This document shows, piece after piece, positions 17,301 through 29,300 of a stretch of DNA of 64,000 nt. The notes beneath the pieces were generated by a model, which worked only from the letters and a program-made list of their open reading frames with translations, did not search any database and was not told the DNA's origin. The stretch's first letter is position 1. Every line of letters starts with the position of its first letter. A program made the translations under genes and the position numbers. Origin of the DNA: Naegleria gruberi (Eukaryota); NCBI GenBank assembly GCA_000004985.1, contig GG738932.1; one strand, 5' to 3'.

Positions 17301-20300
17301 NNNNNNNNNNNNNNNNNNNNNNNNNNNNNNNNNNNNNNNNNNNNNNNNNNNNNNNNNNNNNNNNNNNNNNNNNNNNNNNNNNNNNNNNNNNNNNNNNNNN
17401 NNNNNNNNNNNNNNNNNNNNNNNNNNNNNNNNNNNNNNNNNNNNNNNNNNNNNNNNNNNNNNNNNNNNNNNNNNNNNNNNNNNNNNNNNNNNNNNNNNNN
17501 NNNNNNNNNNNNNNNNNNNNNNNNNNNNNNNNNNNNNNNNNNNNNNNNNNNNNNNNNNNNNNNNNNNNNNNNNNNNNNNNNNNNNNNNNNNNNNNNNNNN
17601 NNNNNNNNNNNNNNNNNNNNNNNNNNNNNNNNNNNNNNNNNNNNNNNNNNNNNNNNNNNNNNNNNNNNNNNNNNNNNNNNNNNNNNNNNNNNNNNNNNNN
17701 NNNNNNNNNNNNNNNNNNNNNNNNNNNNNNNNNNNNNNNNNNNNNNNNNNNNNNNNNNNNNNNNNNNNNNNNNNNNNNNNNNNNNNNNNNNNNNNNNNNN
17801 NNNNNNNNNNNNNNNNNNNNNNNNNNNNNNNNNNNNNNNNNNNNNNNNNNNNNNNNNNNNNNNNNNNNNNNNNNNNNNNNNNNNNNNNNNNNNNNNNNNN
17901 NNNNNNNNNNNNNNNNNNNNNNNNNNNNNNNNNNNNNNNNNNNNNNNNNNNNNNNNNNNNNNNNNNNNNNNNNNNNNNNNNNNNNNNNNNNNNNNNNNNN
18001 NNNNNNNNNNNNNNNNNNNNNNNNNNNNNNNNNNNNNNNNNNNNNNNNNNNNNNNNNNNNNNNNNNNNNNNNNNNNNNNNNNNNNNNNNNNNNNNNNNNN
18101 NNNNNNNNNNNNNNNNNNNNNNNNNNNNNNNNNNNNNNNNNNNNNNNNNNNNNNNNNNNNNNNNNNNNNNNNNNNNNNNNNNNNNNNNNNNNNNNNNNNN
18201 NNNNNNNNNNNNNNNNNNNNNNNNNNNNNNNNNNNNNNNNNNNNNNNNNNNNNNNNNNNNNNNNNNNNNNNNNNNNNNNNNNNNNNNNNNNNNNNNNNNN
18301 NNNNNNNNNNNNNNNNNNNNNNNNNNNNNNNNNNNNNNNNNNNNNNNNNNNNNNNNNNNNNNNNNNNNNNNNNNNNNNNNNNNNNNNNNNNNNNNNNNNN
18401 NNNNNNNNNNNNNNNNNNNNNNNNNNNNNNNNNNNNNNNNNNNNNNNNNNNNNNNNNNNNNNNNNNNNNNNNNNNNNNNNNNNNNNNNNNNNNNNNNNNN
18501 NNNNNNNNNNNNNNNNNNNNNNNNNNNNNNNNNNNNNNNNNNNNNNNNNNNNNNNNNNNNNNNNNNNNNNNNNNNNNNNNNNNNNNNNNNNNNNNNNNNN
18601 NNNNNNNNNNNNNNNNNNNNNNNNNNNNNNNNNNNNNNNNNNNNNNNNNNNNNNNNNNNNNNNNNNNNNNNNNNNNNNNNNNNNNNNNNNNNNNNNNNNN
18701 NNNNNNNNNNNNNNNNNNNNNNNNNNNNNNNNNNNNNNNNNNNNNNNNNNNNNNNNNNNNNNNNNNNNNNNNNNNNNNNNNNNNNNNNNNNNNNNNNNNN
18801 NNNNNNNNNNNNNNNNNNNNNNNNNNNNNNNNNNNNNNNNNNNNNNNNNNNNNNNNNNNNNNNNNNNNNNNNNNNNNNNNNNNNNNNNNNNNNNNNNNNN
18901 NNNNNNNNNNNNNNNNNNNNNNNNNNNNNNNNNNNNNNNNNNNNNNNNNNNNNNNNNNNNNNNNNNNNNNNNNNNNNNNNNNNNNNNNNNNNNNNNNNNN
19001 NNNNNNNNNNNNNNNNNNNNNNNNNNNNNNNNNNNNNNNNNNNNNNNNNNNNNNNNNNNNNNNNNNNNNNNNNNNNNNNNNNNNNNNNNNNNNNNNNNNN
19101 NNNNNNNNNNNNNNNNNNNNNNNNNNNNNNNNNNNNNNNNNNNNNNNNNNNNNNNNNNNNNNNNNNNNNNNNNNNNNNNNNNNNNNNNNNNNNNNNNNNN
19201 NNNNNNNNNNNNNNNNNNNNNNNNNNNNNNNNNNNNNNNNNNNNNNNNNNNNNNNNNNNNNNNNNNNNNNNNNNNNNNNNNNNNNNNNNNNNNNNNNNNN
19301 NNNNNNNNNNNNNNNNNNNNNNNNNNNNNNNNNNNNNNNNNNNNNNNNNNNNNNNNNNNNNNNNNNNNNNNNNNNNNNNNNNNNNNNNNNNNNNNNNNNN
19401 NNNNNNNNNNNNNNNNNNNNNNNNNNNNNNNNNNNNNNNNNNNNNNNNNNNNNNNNNNNNNNNNNNNNNNNNNNNNNNNNNNNNNNNNNNNNNNNNNNNN
19501 NNNNNNNNNNNNNNNNNNNNNNNNNNNNNNNNNNNNNNNNNNNNNNNNNNNNNNNNNNNNNNNNNNNNNNNNNNNNNNNNNNNNNNNNNNNNNNNNNNNN
19601 NNNNNNNNNNNNNNNNNNNNNNNNNNNNNNNNNNNNNNNNNNNNNNNNNNNNNNNNNNNNNNNNNNNNNNNNNNNNNNNNNNNNNNNNNNNNNNNNNNNN
19701 NNNNNNNNNNNNNNNNNNNNNNNNNNNNNNNNNNNNNNNNNNNNNNNNNNNNNNNNNNNNNNNNNNNNNNNNNNNNNNNNNNNNNNNNNNNNNNNNNNNN
19801 NNNNNNNNNNNNNNNNNNNNNNNNNNNNNNNNNNNNNNNNNNNNNNNNNNNNNNNNNNNNNNNNNNNNNNNNNNNNNNNNNNNNNNNNNNNNNNNNNNNN
19901 NNNNNNNNNNNNNNNNNNNNNNNNNNNNNNNNNNNNNNNNNNNNNNNNNNNNNNNNNNNNNNNNNNNNNNNNNNNNNNNNNNNNNNNNNNNNNNNNNNNN
20001 NNNNNNNNNNNNNNNNNNNNNNNNNNNNNNNNNNNNNNNNNNNNNNNNNNNNNNNNNNNNNNNNNNNNNNNNNNNNNNNNNNNNNNNNNNNNNNNNNNNN
20101 NNNNNNNNNNNNNNNNNNNNNNNNNNNNNNNNNNNNNNNNNNNNNNNNNNNNNNNNNNNNNNNNNNNNNNNNNNNNNNNNNNNNNNNNNNNNNNNNNNNN
20201 NNNNNNNNNNNNNNNNNNNNNNNNNNNNNNNNNNNNNNNNNNNNNNNNNNNNNNNNNNNNNNNNNNNNNNNNNNNNNNNNNNNNNNNNNNNNNNNNNNNN

Positions 20301-23300
20301 NNNNNNNNNNNNNNNNNNNNNNNNNNNNNNNNNNNNNNNNNNNNNNNNNNNNNNNNNNNNNNNNNNNNNNNNNNNNNNNNNNNNNNNNNNNNNNNNNNNN
20401 NNNNNNNNNNNNNNNNNNNNNNNNNNNNNNNNNNNNNNNNNNNNNNNNNNNNNNNNNNNNNNNNNNNNNNNNNNNNNNNNNNNNNNNNNNNNNNNNNNNN
20501 NNNNNNNNNNNNNNNNNNNNNNNNNNNNNNNNNNNNNNNNNNNNNNNNNNNNNNNNNNNNNNNNNNNNNNNNNNNNNNNNNNNNNNNNNNNNNNNNNNNN
20601 NNNNNNNNNNNNNNNNNNNNNNNNNNNNNNNNNNNNNNNNNNNNNNNNNNNNNNNNNNNNNNNNNNNNNNNNNNNNNNNNNNNNNNNNNNNNNNNNNNNN
20701 NNNNNNNNNNNNNNNNNNNNNNNNNNNNNNNNNNNNNNNNNNNNNNNNNNNNNNNNNNNNNNNNNNNNNNNNNNNNNNNNNNNNNNNNNNNNNNNNNNNN
20801 NNNNNNNNNNNNNNNNNNNNNNNNNNNNNNNNNNNNNNNNNNNNNNNNNNNNNNNNNNNNNNNNNNNNNNNNNNNNNNNNNNNNNNNNNNNNNNNNNNNN
20901 NNNNNNNNNNNNNNNNNNNNNNNNNNNNNNNNNNNNNNNNNNNNNNNNNNNNNNNNNNNNNNNNNNNNNNNNNNNNNNNNNNNNNNNNNNNNNNNNNNNN
21001 NNNNNNNNNNNNNNNNNNNNNNNNNNNNNNNNNNNNNNNNNNNNNNNNNNNNNNNNNNNNNNNNNNNNNNNNNNNNNNNNNNNNNNNNNNNNNNNNNNNN
21101 NNNNNNNNNNNNNNNNNNNNNNNNNNNNNNNNNNNNNNNNNNNNNNNNNNNNNNNNNNNNNNNNNNNNNNNNNNNNNNNNNNNNNNNNNNNNNNNNNNNN
21201 NNNNNNNNNNNNNNNNNNNNNNNNNNNNNNNNNNNNNNNNNNNNNNNNNNNNNNNNNNNNNNNNNNNNNNNNNNNNNNNNNNNNNNNNNNNNNNNNNNNN
21301 NNNNNNNNNNNNNNNNNNNNNNNNNNNNNNNNNNNNNNNNNNNNNNNNNNNNNNNNNNNNNNNNNNNNNNNNNNNNNNNNNNNNNNNNNNNNNNNNNNNN
21401 NNNNNNNNNNNNNNNNNNNNNNNNNNNNNNNNNNNNNNNNNNNNNNNNNNNNNNNNNNNNNNNNNNNNNNNNNNNNNNNNNNNNNNNNNNNNNNNNNNNN
21501 NNNNNNNNNNNNNNNNNNNNNNNNNNNNNNNNNNNNNNNNNNNNNNNNNNNNNNNNNNNNNNNNNNNNNNNNNNNNNNNNNNNNNNNNNNNNNNNNNNNN
21601 NNNNNNNNNNNNNNNNNNNNNNNNNNNNNNNNNNNNNNNNNNNNNNNNNNNNNNNNNNNNNNNNNNNNNNNNNNNNNNNNNNNNNNNNNNNNNNNNNNNN
21701 NNNNNNNNNNNNNNNNNNNNNNNNNNNNNNNNNNNNNNNNNNNNNNNNNNNNNNNNNNNNNNNNNNNNNNNNNNNNNNNNNNNNNNNNNNNNNNNNNNNN
21801 NNNNNNNNNNNNNNNNNNNNNNNNNNNNNNNNNNNNNNNNNNNNNNNNNNNNNNNNNNNNNNNNNNNNNNNNNNNNNNNNNNNNNNNNNNNNNNNNNNNN
21901 NNNNNNNNNNNNNNNNNNNNNNNNNNNNNNNNNNNNNNNNNNNNNNNNNNNNNNNNNNNNNNNNNNNNNNNNNNNNNNNNNNNNNNNNNNNNNNNNNNNN
22001 NNNNNNNNNNNNNNNNNNNNNNNNNNNNNNNNNNNNNNNNNNNNNNNNNNNNNNNNNNNNNNNNNNNNNNNNNNNNNNNNNNNNNNNNNNNNNNNNNNNN
22101 NNNNNNNNNNNNNNNNNNNNNNNNNNNNNNNNNNNNNNNNNNNNNNNNNNNNNNNNNNNNNNNNNNNNNNNNNNNNNNNNNNNNNNNNNNNNNNNNNNNN
22201 NNNNNNNNNNNNNNNNNNNNNNNNNNNNNNNNNNNNNNNNNNNNNNNNNNNNNNNNNNNNNNNNNNNNNNNNNNNNNNNNNNNNNNNNNNNNNNNNNNNN
22301 NNNNNNNNNNNNNNNNNNNNNNNNNNNNNNNNNNNNNNNNNNNNNNNNNNNNNNNNNNNNNNNNNNNNNNNNNNNNNNNNNNNNNNNNNNNNNNNNNNNN
22401 NNNNNNNNNNNNNNNNNNNNNNNNNNNNNNNNNNNNNNNNNNNNNNNNNNNNNNNNNNNNNNNNNNNNNNNNNNNNNNNNNNNNNNNNNNNNNNNNNNNN
22501 NNNNNNNNNNNNNNNNNNNNNNNNNNNNNNNNNNNNNNNNNNNNNNNNNNNNNNNNNNNNNNNNNNNNNNNNNNNNNNNNNNNNNNNNNNNNNNNNNNNN
22601 NNNNNNNNNNNNNNNNNNNNNNNNNNNNNNNNNNNNNNNNNNNNNNNNNNNNNNNNNNNNNNNNNNNNNNNNNNNNNNNNNNNNNNNNNNNNNNNNNNNN
22701 NNNNNNNNNNNNNNNNNNNNNNNNNNNNNNNNNNNNNNNNNNNNNNNNNNNNNNNNNNNNNNNNNNNNNNNNNNNNNNNNNNNNNNNNNNNNNNNNNNNN
22801 NNNNNNNNNNNNNNNNNNNNNNNNNNNNNNNNNNNNNNNNNNNNNNNNNNNNNNNNNNNNNNNNNNNNNNNNNNNNNNNNNNNNNNNNNNNNNNNNNNNN
22901 NNNNNNNNNNNNNNNNNNNNNNNNNNNNNNNNNNNNNNNNNNNNNNNNNNNNNNNNNNNNNNNNNNNNNNNNNNNNNNNNNNNNNNNNNNNNNNNNNNNN
23001 NNNNNNNNNNNNNNNNNNNNNNNNNNNNNNNNNNNNNNNNNNNNNNNNNNNNNNNNNNNNNNNNNNNNNNNNNNNNNNNNNNNNNNNNNNNNNNNNNNNN
23101 NNNNNNNNNNNNNNNNNNNNNNNNNNNNNNNNNNNNNNNNNNNNNNNNNNNNNNNNNNNNNNNNNNNNNNNNNNNNNNNNNNNNNNNNNNNNNNNNNNNN
23201 NNNNNNNNNNNNNNNNNNNNNNNNNNNNNNNNNNNNNNNNNNNNNNNNNNNNNNNNNNNNNNNNNNNNNNNNNNNNNNNNNNNNNNNNNNNNNNNNNNNN

Positions 23301-26300
23301 NNNNNNNNNNNNNNNNNNNNNNNNNNNNNNNNNNNNNNNNNNNNNNNNNNNNNNNNNNNNNNNNNNNNNNNNNNNNNNNNNNNNNNNNNNNNNNNNNNNN
23401 NNNNNNNNNNNNNNNNNNNNNNNNNNNNNNNNNNNNNNNNNNNNNNNNNNNNNNNNNNNNNNNNNNNNNNNNNNNNNNNNNNNNNNNNNNNNNNNNNNNN
23501 NNNNNNNNNNNNNNNNNNNNNNNNNNNNNNNNNNNNNNNNNNNNNNNNNNNNNNNNNNNNNNNNNNNNNNNNNNNNNNNNNNNNNNNNNNNNNNNNNNNN
23601 NNNNNNNNNNNNNNNNNNNNNNNNNNNNNNNNNNNNNNNNNNNNNNNNNNNNNNNNNNNNNNNNNNNNNNNNNNNNNNNNNNNNNNNNNNNNNNNNNNNN
23701 NNNNNNNNNNNNNNNNNNNNNNNNNNNNNNNNNNNNNNNNNNNNNNNNNNNNNNNNNNNNNNNNNNNNNNNNNNNNNNNNNNNNNNNNNNNNNNNNNNNN
23801 NNNNNNNNNNNNNNNNNNNNNNNNNNNNNNNNNNNNNNNNNNNNNNNNNNNNNNNNNNNNNNNNNNNNNNNNNNNNNNNNNNNNNNNNNNNNNNNNNNNN
23901 NNNNNNNNNNNNNNNNNNNNNNNNNNNNNNNNNNNNNNNNNNNNNNNNNNNNNNNNNNNNNNNNNNNNNNNNNNNNNNNNNNNNNNNNNNNNNNNNNNNN
24001 NNNNNNNNNNNNNNNNNNNNNNNNNNNNNNNNNNNNNNNNNNNNNNNNNNNNNNNNNNNNNNNNNNNNNNNNNNNNNNNNNNNNNNNNNNNNNNNNNNNN
24101 NNNNNNNNNNNNNNNNNNNNNNNNNNNNNNNNNNNNNNNNNNNNNNNNNNNNNNNNNNNNNNNNNNNNNNNNNNNNNNNNNNNNNNNNNNNNNNNNNNNN
24201 NNNNNNNNNNNNNNNNNNNNNNNNNNNNNNNNNNNNNNNNNNNNNNNNNNNNNNNNNNNNNNNNNNNNNNNNNNNNNNNNNNNNNNNNNNNNNNNNNNNN
24301 NNNNNNNNNNNNNNNNNNNNNNNNNNNNNNNNNNNNNNNNNNNNNNNNNNNNNNNNNNNNNNNNNNNNNNNNNNNNNNNNNNNNNNNNNNNNNNNNNNNN
24401 NNNNNNNNNNNNNNNNNNNNNNNNNNNNNNNNNNNNNNNNNNNNNNNNNNNNNNNNNNNNNNNNNNNNNNNNNNNNNNNNNNNNNNNNNNNNNNNNNNNN
24501 NNNNNNNNNNNNNNNNNNNNNNNNNNNNNNNNNNNNNNNNNNNNNNNNNNNNNNNNNNNNNNNNNNNNNNNNNNNNNNNNNNNNNNNNNNNNNNNNNNNN
24601 NNNNNNNNNNNNNNNNNNNNNNNNNNNNNNNNNNNNNNNNNNNNNNNNNNNNNNNNNNNNNNNNNNNNNNNNNNNNNNNNNNNNNNNNNNNNNNNNNNNN
24701 NNNNNNNNNNNNNNNNNNNNNNNNNNNNNNNNNNNNNNNNNNNNNNNNNNNNNNNNNNNNNNNNNNNNNNNNNNNNNNNNNNNNNNNNNNNNNNNNNNNN
24801 NNNNNNNNNNNNNNNNNNNNNNNNNNNNNNNNNNNNNNNNNNNNNNNNNNNNNNNNNNNNNNNNNNNNNNNNNNNNNNNNNNNNNNNNNNNNNNNNNNNN
24901 NNNNNNNNNNNNNNNNNNNNNNNNNNNNNNNNNNNNNNNNNNNNNNNNNNNNNNNNNNNNNNNNNNNNNNNNNNNNNNNNNNNNNNNNNNNNNNNNNNNN
25001 NNNNNNNNNNNNNNNNNNNNNNNNNNNNNNNNNNNNNNNNNNNNNNNNNNNNNNNNNNNNNNNNNNNNNNNNNNNNNNNNNNNNNNNNNNNNNNNNNNNN
25101 NNNNNNNNNNNNNNNNNNNNNNNNNNNNNNNNNNNNNNNNNNNNNNNNNNNNNNNNNNNNNNNNNNNNNNNNNNNNNNNNNNNNNNNNNNNNNNNNNNNN
25201 NNNNNNNNNNNNNNNNNNNNNNNNNNNNNNNNNNNNNNNNNNNNNNNNNNNNNNNNNNNNNNNNNNNNNNNNNNNNNNNNNNNNNNNNNNNNNNNNNNNN
25301 NNNNNNNNNNNNNNNNNNNNNNNNNNNNNNNNNNNNNNNNNNNNNNNNNNNNNNNNNNNNNNNNNNNNNNNNNNNNNNNNNNNNNNNNNNNNNNNNNNNN
25401 NNNNNNNNNNNNNNNNNNNNNNNNNNNNNNNNNNNNNNNNNNNNNNNNNNNNNNNNNNNNNNNNNNNNNNNNNNNNNNNNNNNNNNNNNNNNNNNNNNNN
25501 NNNNNNNNNNNNNNNNNNNNNNNNNNNNNNNNNNNNNNNNNNNNNNNNNNNNNNNNNNNNNNNNNNNNNNNNNNNNNNNNNNNNNNNNNNNNNNNNNNNN
25601 NNNNNNNNNNNNNNNNNNNNNNNNNNNNNNNNNNNNNNNNNNNNNNNNNNNNNNNNNNNNNNNNNNNNNNNNNNNNNNNNNNNNNNNNNNNNNNNNNNNN
25701 NNNNNNNNNNNNNNNNNNNNNNNNNNNNNNNNNNNNNNNNNNNNNNNNNNNNNNNNNNNNNNNNNNNNNNNNNNNNNNNNNNNNNNNNNNNNNNNNNNNN
25801 NNNNNNNNNNNNNNNNNNNNNNNNNNNNNNNNNNNNNNNNNNNNNNNNNNNNNNNNNNNNNNNNNNNNNNNNNNNNNNNNNNNNNNNNNNNNNNNNNNNN
25901 NNNNNNNNNNNNNNNNNNNNNNNNNNNNNNNNNNNNNNNNNNNNNNNNNNNNNNNNNNNNNNNNNNNNNNNNNNNNNNNNNNNNNNNNNNNNNNNNNNNN
26001 NNNNNNNNNNNNNNNNNNNNNNNNNNNNNNNNNNNNNNNNNNNNNNNNNNNNNNNNNNNNNNNNNNNNNNNNNNNNNNNNNNNNNNNNNNNNNNNNNNNN
26101 NNNNNNNNNNNNNNNNNNNNNNNNNNNNNNNNNNNNNNNNNNNNNNNNNNNNNNNNNNNNNNNNNNNNNNNNNNNNNNNNNNNNNNNNNNNNNNNNNNNN
26201 NNNNNNNNNNNNNNNNNNNNNNNNNNNNNNNNNNNNNNNNNNNNNNNNNNNNNNNNNNNNNNNNNNNNNNNNNNNNNNNNNNNNNNNNNNNNNNNNNNNN

Positions 26301-29300
26301 NNNNNNNNNNNNNNNNNNNNNNNNNNNNNNNNNNNNNNNNNNNNNNNNNNNNNNNNNNNNNNNNNNNNNNNNNNNNNNNNNNNNNNNNNNNNNNNNNNNN
26401 NNNNNNNNNNNNNNNNNNNNNNNNNNNNNNNNNNNNNNNNNNNNNNNNNNNNNNNNNNNNNNNNNNNNNNNNNNNNNNNNNNNNNNNNNNNNNNNNNNNN
26501 NNNNNNNNNNNNNNNNNNNNNNNNNNNNNNNNNNNNNNNNNNNNNNNNNNNNNNNNNNNNNNNNNNNNNNNNNNNNNNNNNNNNNNNNNNNNNNNNNNNN
26601 NNNNNNNNNNNNNNNNNNNNNNNNNNNNNNNNNNNNNNNNNNNNNNNNNNNNNNNNNNNNNNNNNNNNNNNNNNNNNNNNNNNNNNNNNNNNNNNNNNNN
26701 NNNNNNNNNNNNNNNNNNNNNNNNNNNNNNNNNNNNNNNNNNNNNNNNNNNNNNNNNNNNNNNNNNNNNNNNNNNNNNNNNNNNNNNNNNNNNNNNNNNN
26801 NNNNNNNNNNNNNNNNNNNNNNNNNNNNNNNNNNNNNNNNNNNNNNNNNNNNNNNNNNNNNNNNNNNNNNNNNNNNNNNNNNNNNNNNNNNNNNNNNNNN
26901 NNNNNNNNNNNNNNNNNNNNNNNNNNNNNNNNNNNNNNNNNNNNNNNNNNNNNNNNNNNNNNNNNNNNNNNNNNNNNNNNNNNNNNNNNNNNNNNNNNNN
27001 NNNNNNNNNNNNNNNNNNNNNNNNNNNNNNNNNNNNNNNNNNNNNNNNNNNNNNNNNNNNNNNNNNNNNNNNNNNNNNNNNNNNNNNNNNNNNNNNNNNN
27101 NNNNNNNNNNNNNNNNNNNNNNNNNNNNNNNNNNNNNNNNNNNNNNNNNNNNNNNNNNNNNNNNNNNNNNNNNNNNNNNNNNNNNNNNNNNNNNNNNNNN
27201 NNNNNNNNNNNNNNNNNNNNNNNNNNNNNNNNNNNNNNNNNNNNNNNNNNNNNNNNNNNNNNNNNNNNNNNNNNNNNNNNNNNNNNNNNNNNNNNNNNNN
27301 NNNNNNNNNNNNNNNNNNNNNNNNNNNNNNNNNNNNNNNNNNNNNNNNNNNNNNNNNNNNNNNNNNNNNNNNNNNNNNNNNNNNNNNNNNNNNNNNNNNN
27401 NNNNNNNNNNNNNNNNNNNNNNNNNNNNNNNNNNNNNNNNNNNNNNNNNNNNNNNNNNNNNNNNNNNNNNNNNNNNNNNNNNNNNNNNNNNNNNNNNNNN
27501 NNNNNNNNNNNNNNNNNNNNNNNNNNNNNNNNNNNNNNNNNNNNNNNNNNNNNNNNNNNNNNNNNNNNNNNNNNNNNNNNNNNNNNNNNNNNNNNNNNNN
27601 NNNNNNNNNNNNNNNNNNNNNNNNNNNNNNNNNNNNNNNNNNNNNNNNNNNNNNNNNNNNNNNNNNNNNNNNNNNNNNNNNNNNNNNNNNNNNNNNNNNN
27701 NNNNNNNNNNNNNNNNNNNNNNNNNNNNNNNNNNNNNNNNNNNNNNNNNNNNNNNNNNNNNNNNNNNNNNNNNNNNNNNNNNNNNNNNNNNNNNNNNNNN
27801 NNNNNNNNNNNNNNNNNNNNNNNNNNNNNNNNNNNNNNNNNNNNNNNNNNNNNNNNNNNNNNNNNNNNNNNNNNNNNNNNNNNNNNNNNNNNNNNNNNNN
27901 NNNNNNNNNNNNNNNNNNNNNNNNNNNNNNNNNNNNNNNNNNNNNNNNNNNNNNNNNNNNNNNNNNNNNNNNNNNNNNNNNNNNNNNNNNNNNNNNNNNN
28001 NNNNNNNNNNNNNNNNNNNNNNNNNNNNNNNNNNNNNNNNNNNNNNNNNNNNNNNNNNNNNNNNNNNNNNNNNNNNNNNNNNNNNNNNNNNNNNNNNNNN
28101 NNNNNNNNNNNNNNNNNNNNNNNNNNNNNNNNNNNNNNNNNNNNNNNNNNNNNNNNNNNNNNNNNNNNNNNNNNNNNNNNNNNNNNNNNNNNNNNNNNNN
28201 NNNNNNNNNNNNNNNNNNNNNNNNNNNNNNNNNNNNNNNNNNNNNNNNNNNNNNNNNNNNNNNNNNNNNNNNNNNNNNNNNNNNNNNNNNNNNNNNNNNN
28301 NNNNNNNNNNNNNNNNNNNNNNNNNNNNNNNNNNNNNNNNNNNNNNNNNNNNNNNNNNNNNNNNNNNNNNNNNNNNNNNNNNNNNNNNNNNNNNNNNNNN
28401 NNNNNNNNNNNNNNNNNNNNNNNNNNNNNNNNNNNNNNNNNNNNNNNNNNNNNNNNNNNNNNNNNNNNNNNNNNNNNNNNNNNNNNNNNNNNNNNNNNNN
28501 NNNNNNNNNNNNNNNNNNNNNNNNNNNNNNNNNNNNNNNNNNNNNNNNNNNNNNNNNNNNNNNNNNNNNNNNNNNNNNNNNNNNNNNNNNNNNNNNNNNN
28601 NNNNNNNNNNNNNNNNNNNNNNNNNNNNNNNNNNNNNNNNNNNNNNNNNNNNNNNNNNNNNNNNNNNNNNNNNNNNNNNNNNNNNNNNNNNNNNNNNNNN
28701 NNNNNNNNNNNNNNNNNNNNNNNNNNNNNNNNNNNNNNNNNNNNNNNNNNNNNNNNNNNNNNNNNNNNNNNNNNNNNNNNNNNNNNNNNNNNNNNNNNNN
28801 NNNNNNNNNNNNNNNNNNNNNNNNNNNNNNNNNNNNNNNNNNNNNNNNNNNNNNNNNNNNNNNNNNNNNNNNNNNNNNNNNNNNNNNNNNNNNNNNNNNN
28901 NNNNNNNNNNNNNNNNNNNNNNNNNNNNNNNNNNNNNNNNNNNNNNNNNNNNNNNNNNNNNNNNNNNNNNNNNNNNNNNNNNNNNNNNNNNNNNNNNNNN
29001 NNNNNNNNNNNNNNNNNNNNNNNNNNNNNNNNNNNNNNNNNNNNNNNNNNNNNNNNNNNNNNNNNNNNNNNNNNNNNNNNNNNNNNNNNNNNNNNNNNNN
29101 NNNNNNNNNNNNNNNNNNNNNNNNNNNNNNNNNNNNNNNNNNNNNNNNNNNNNNNNNNNNNNNNNNNNNNNNNNNNNNNNNNNNNNNNNNNNNNNNNNNN
29201 NNNNNNNNNNNNNNNNNNNNNNNNNNNNNNNNNNNNNNNNNNNNNNNNNNNNNNNNNNNNNNNNNNNNNNNNNNNNNNNNNNNNNNNNNNNNNNNNNNNN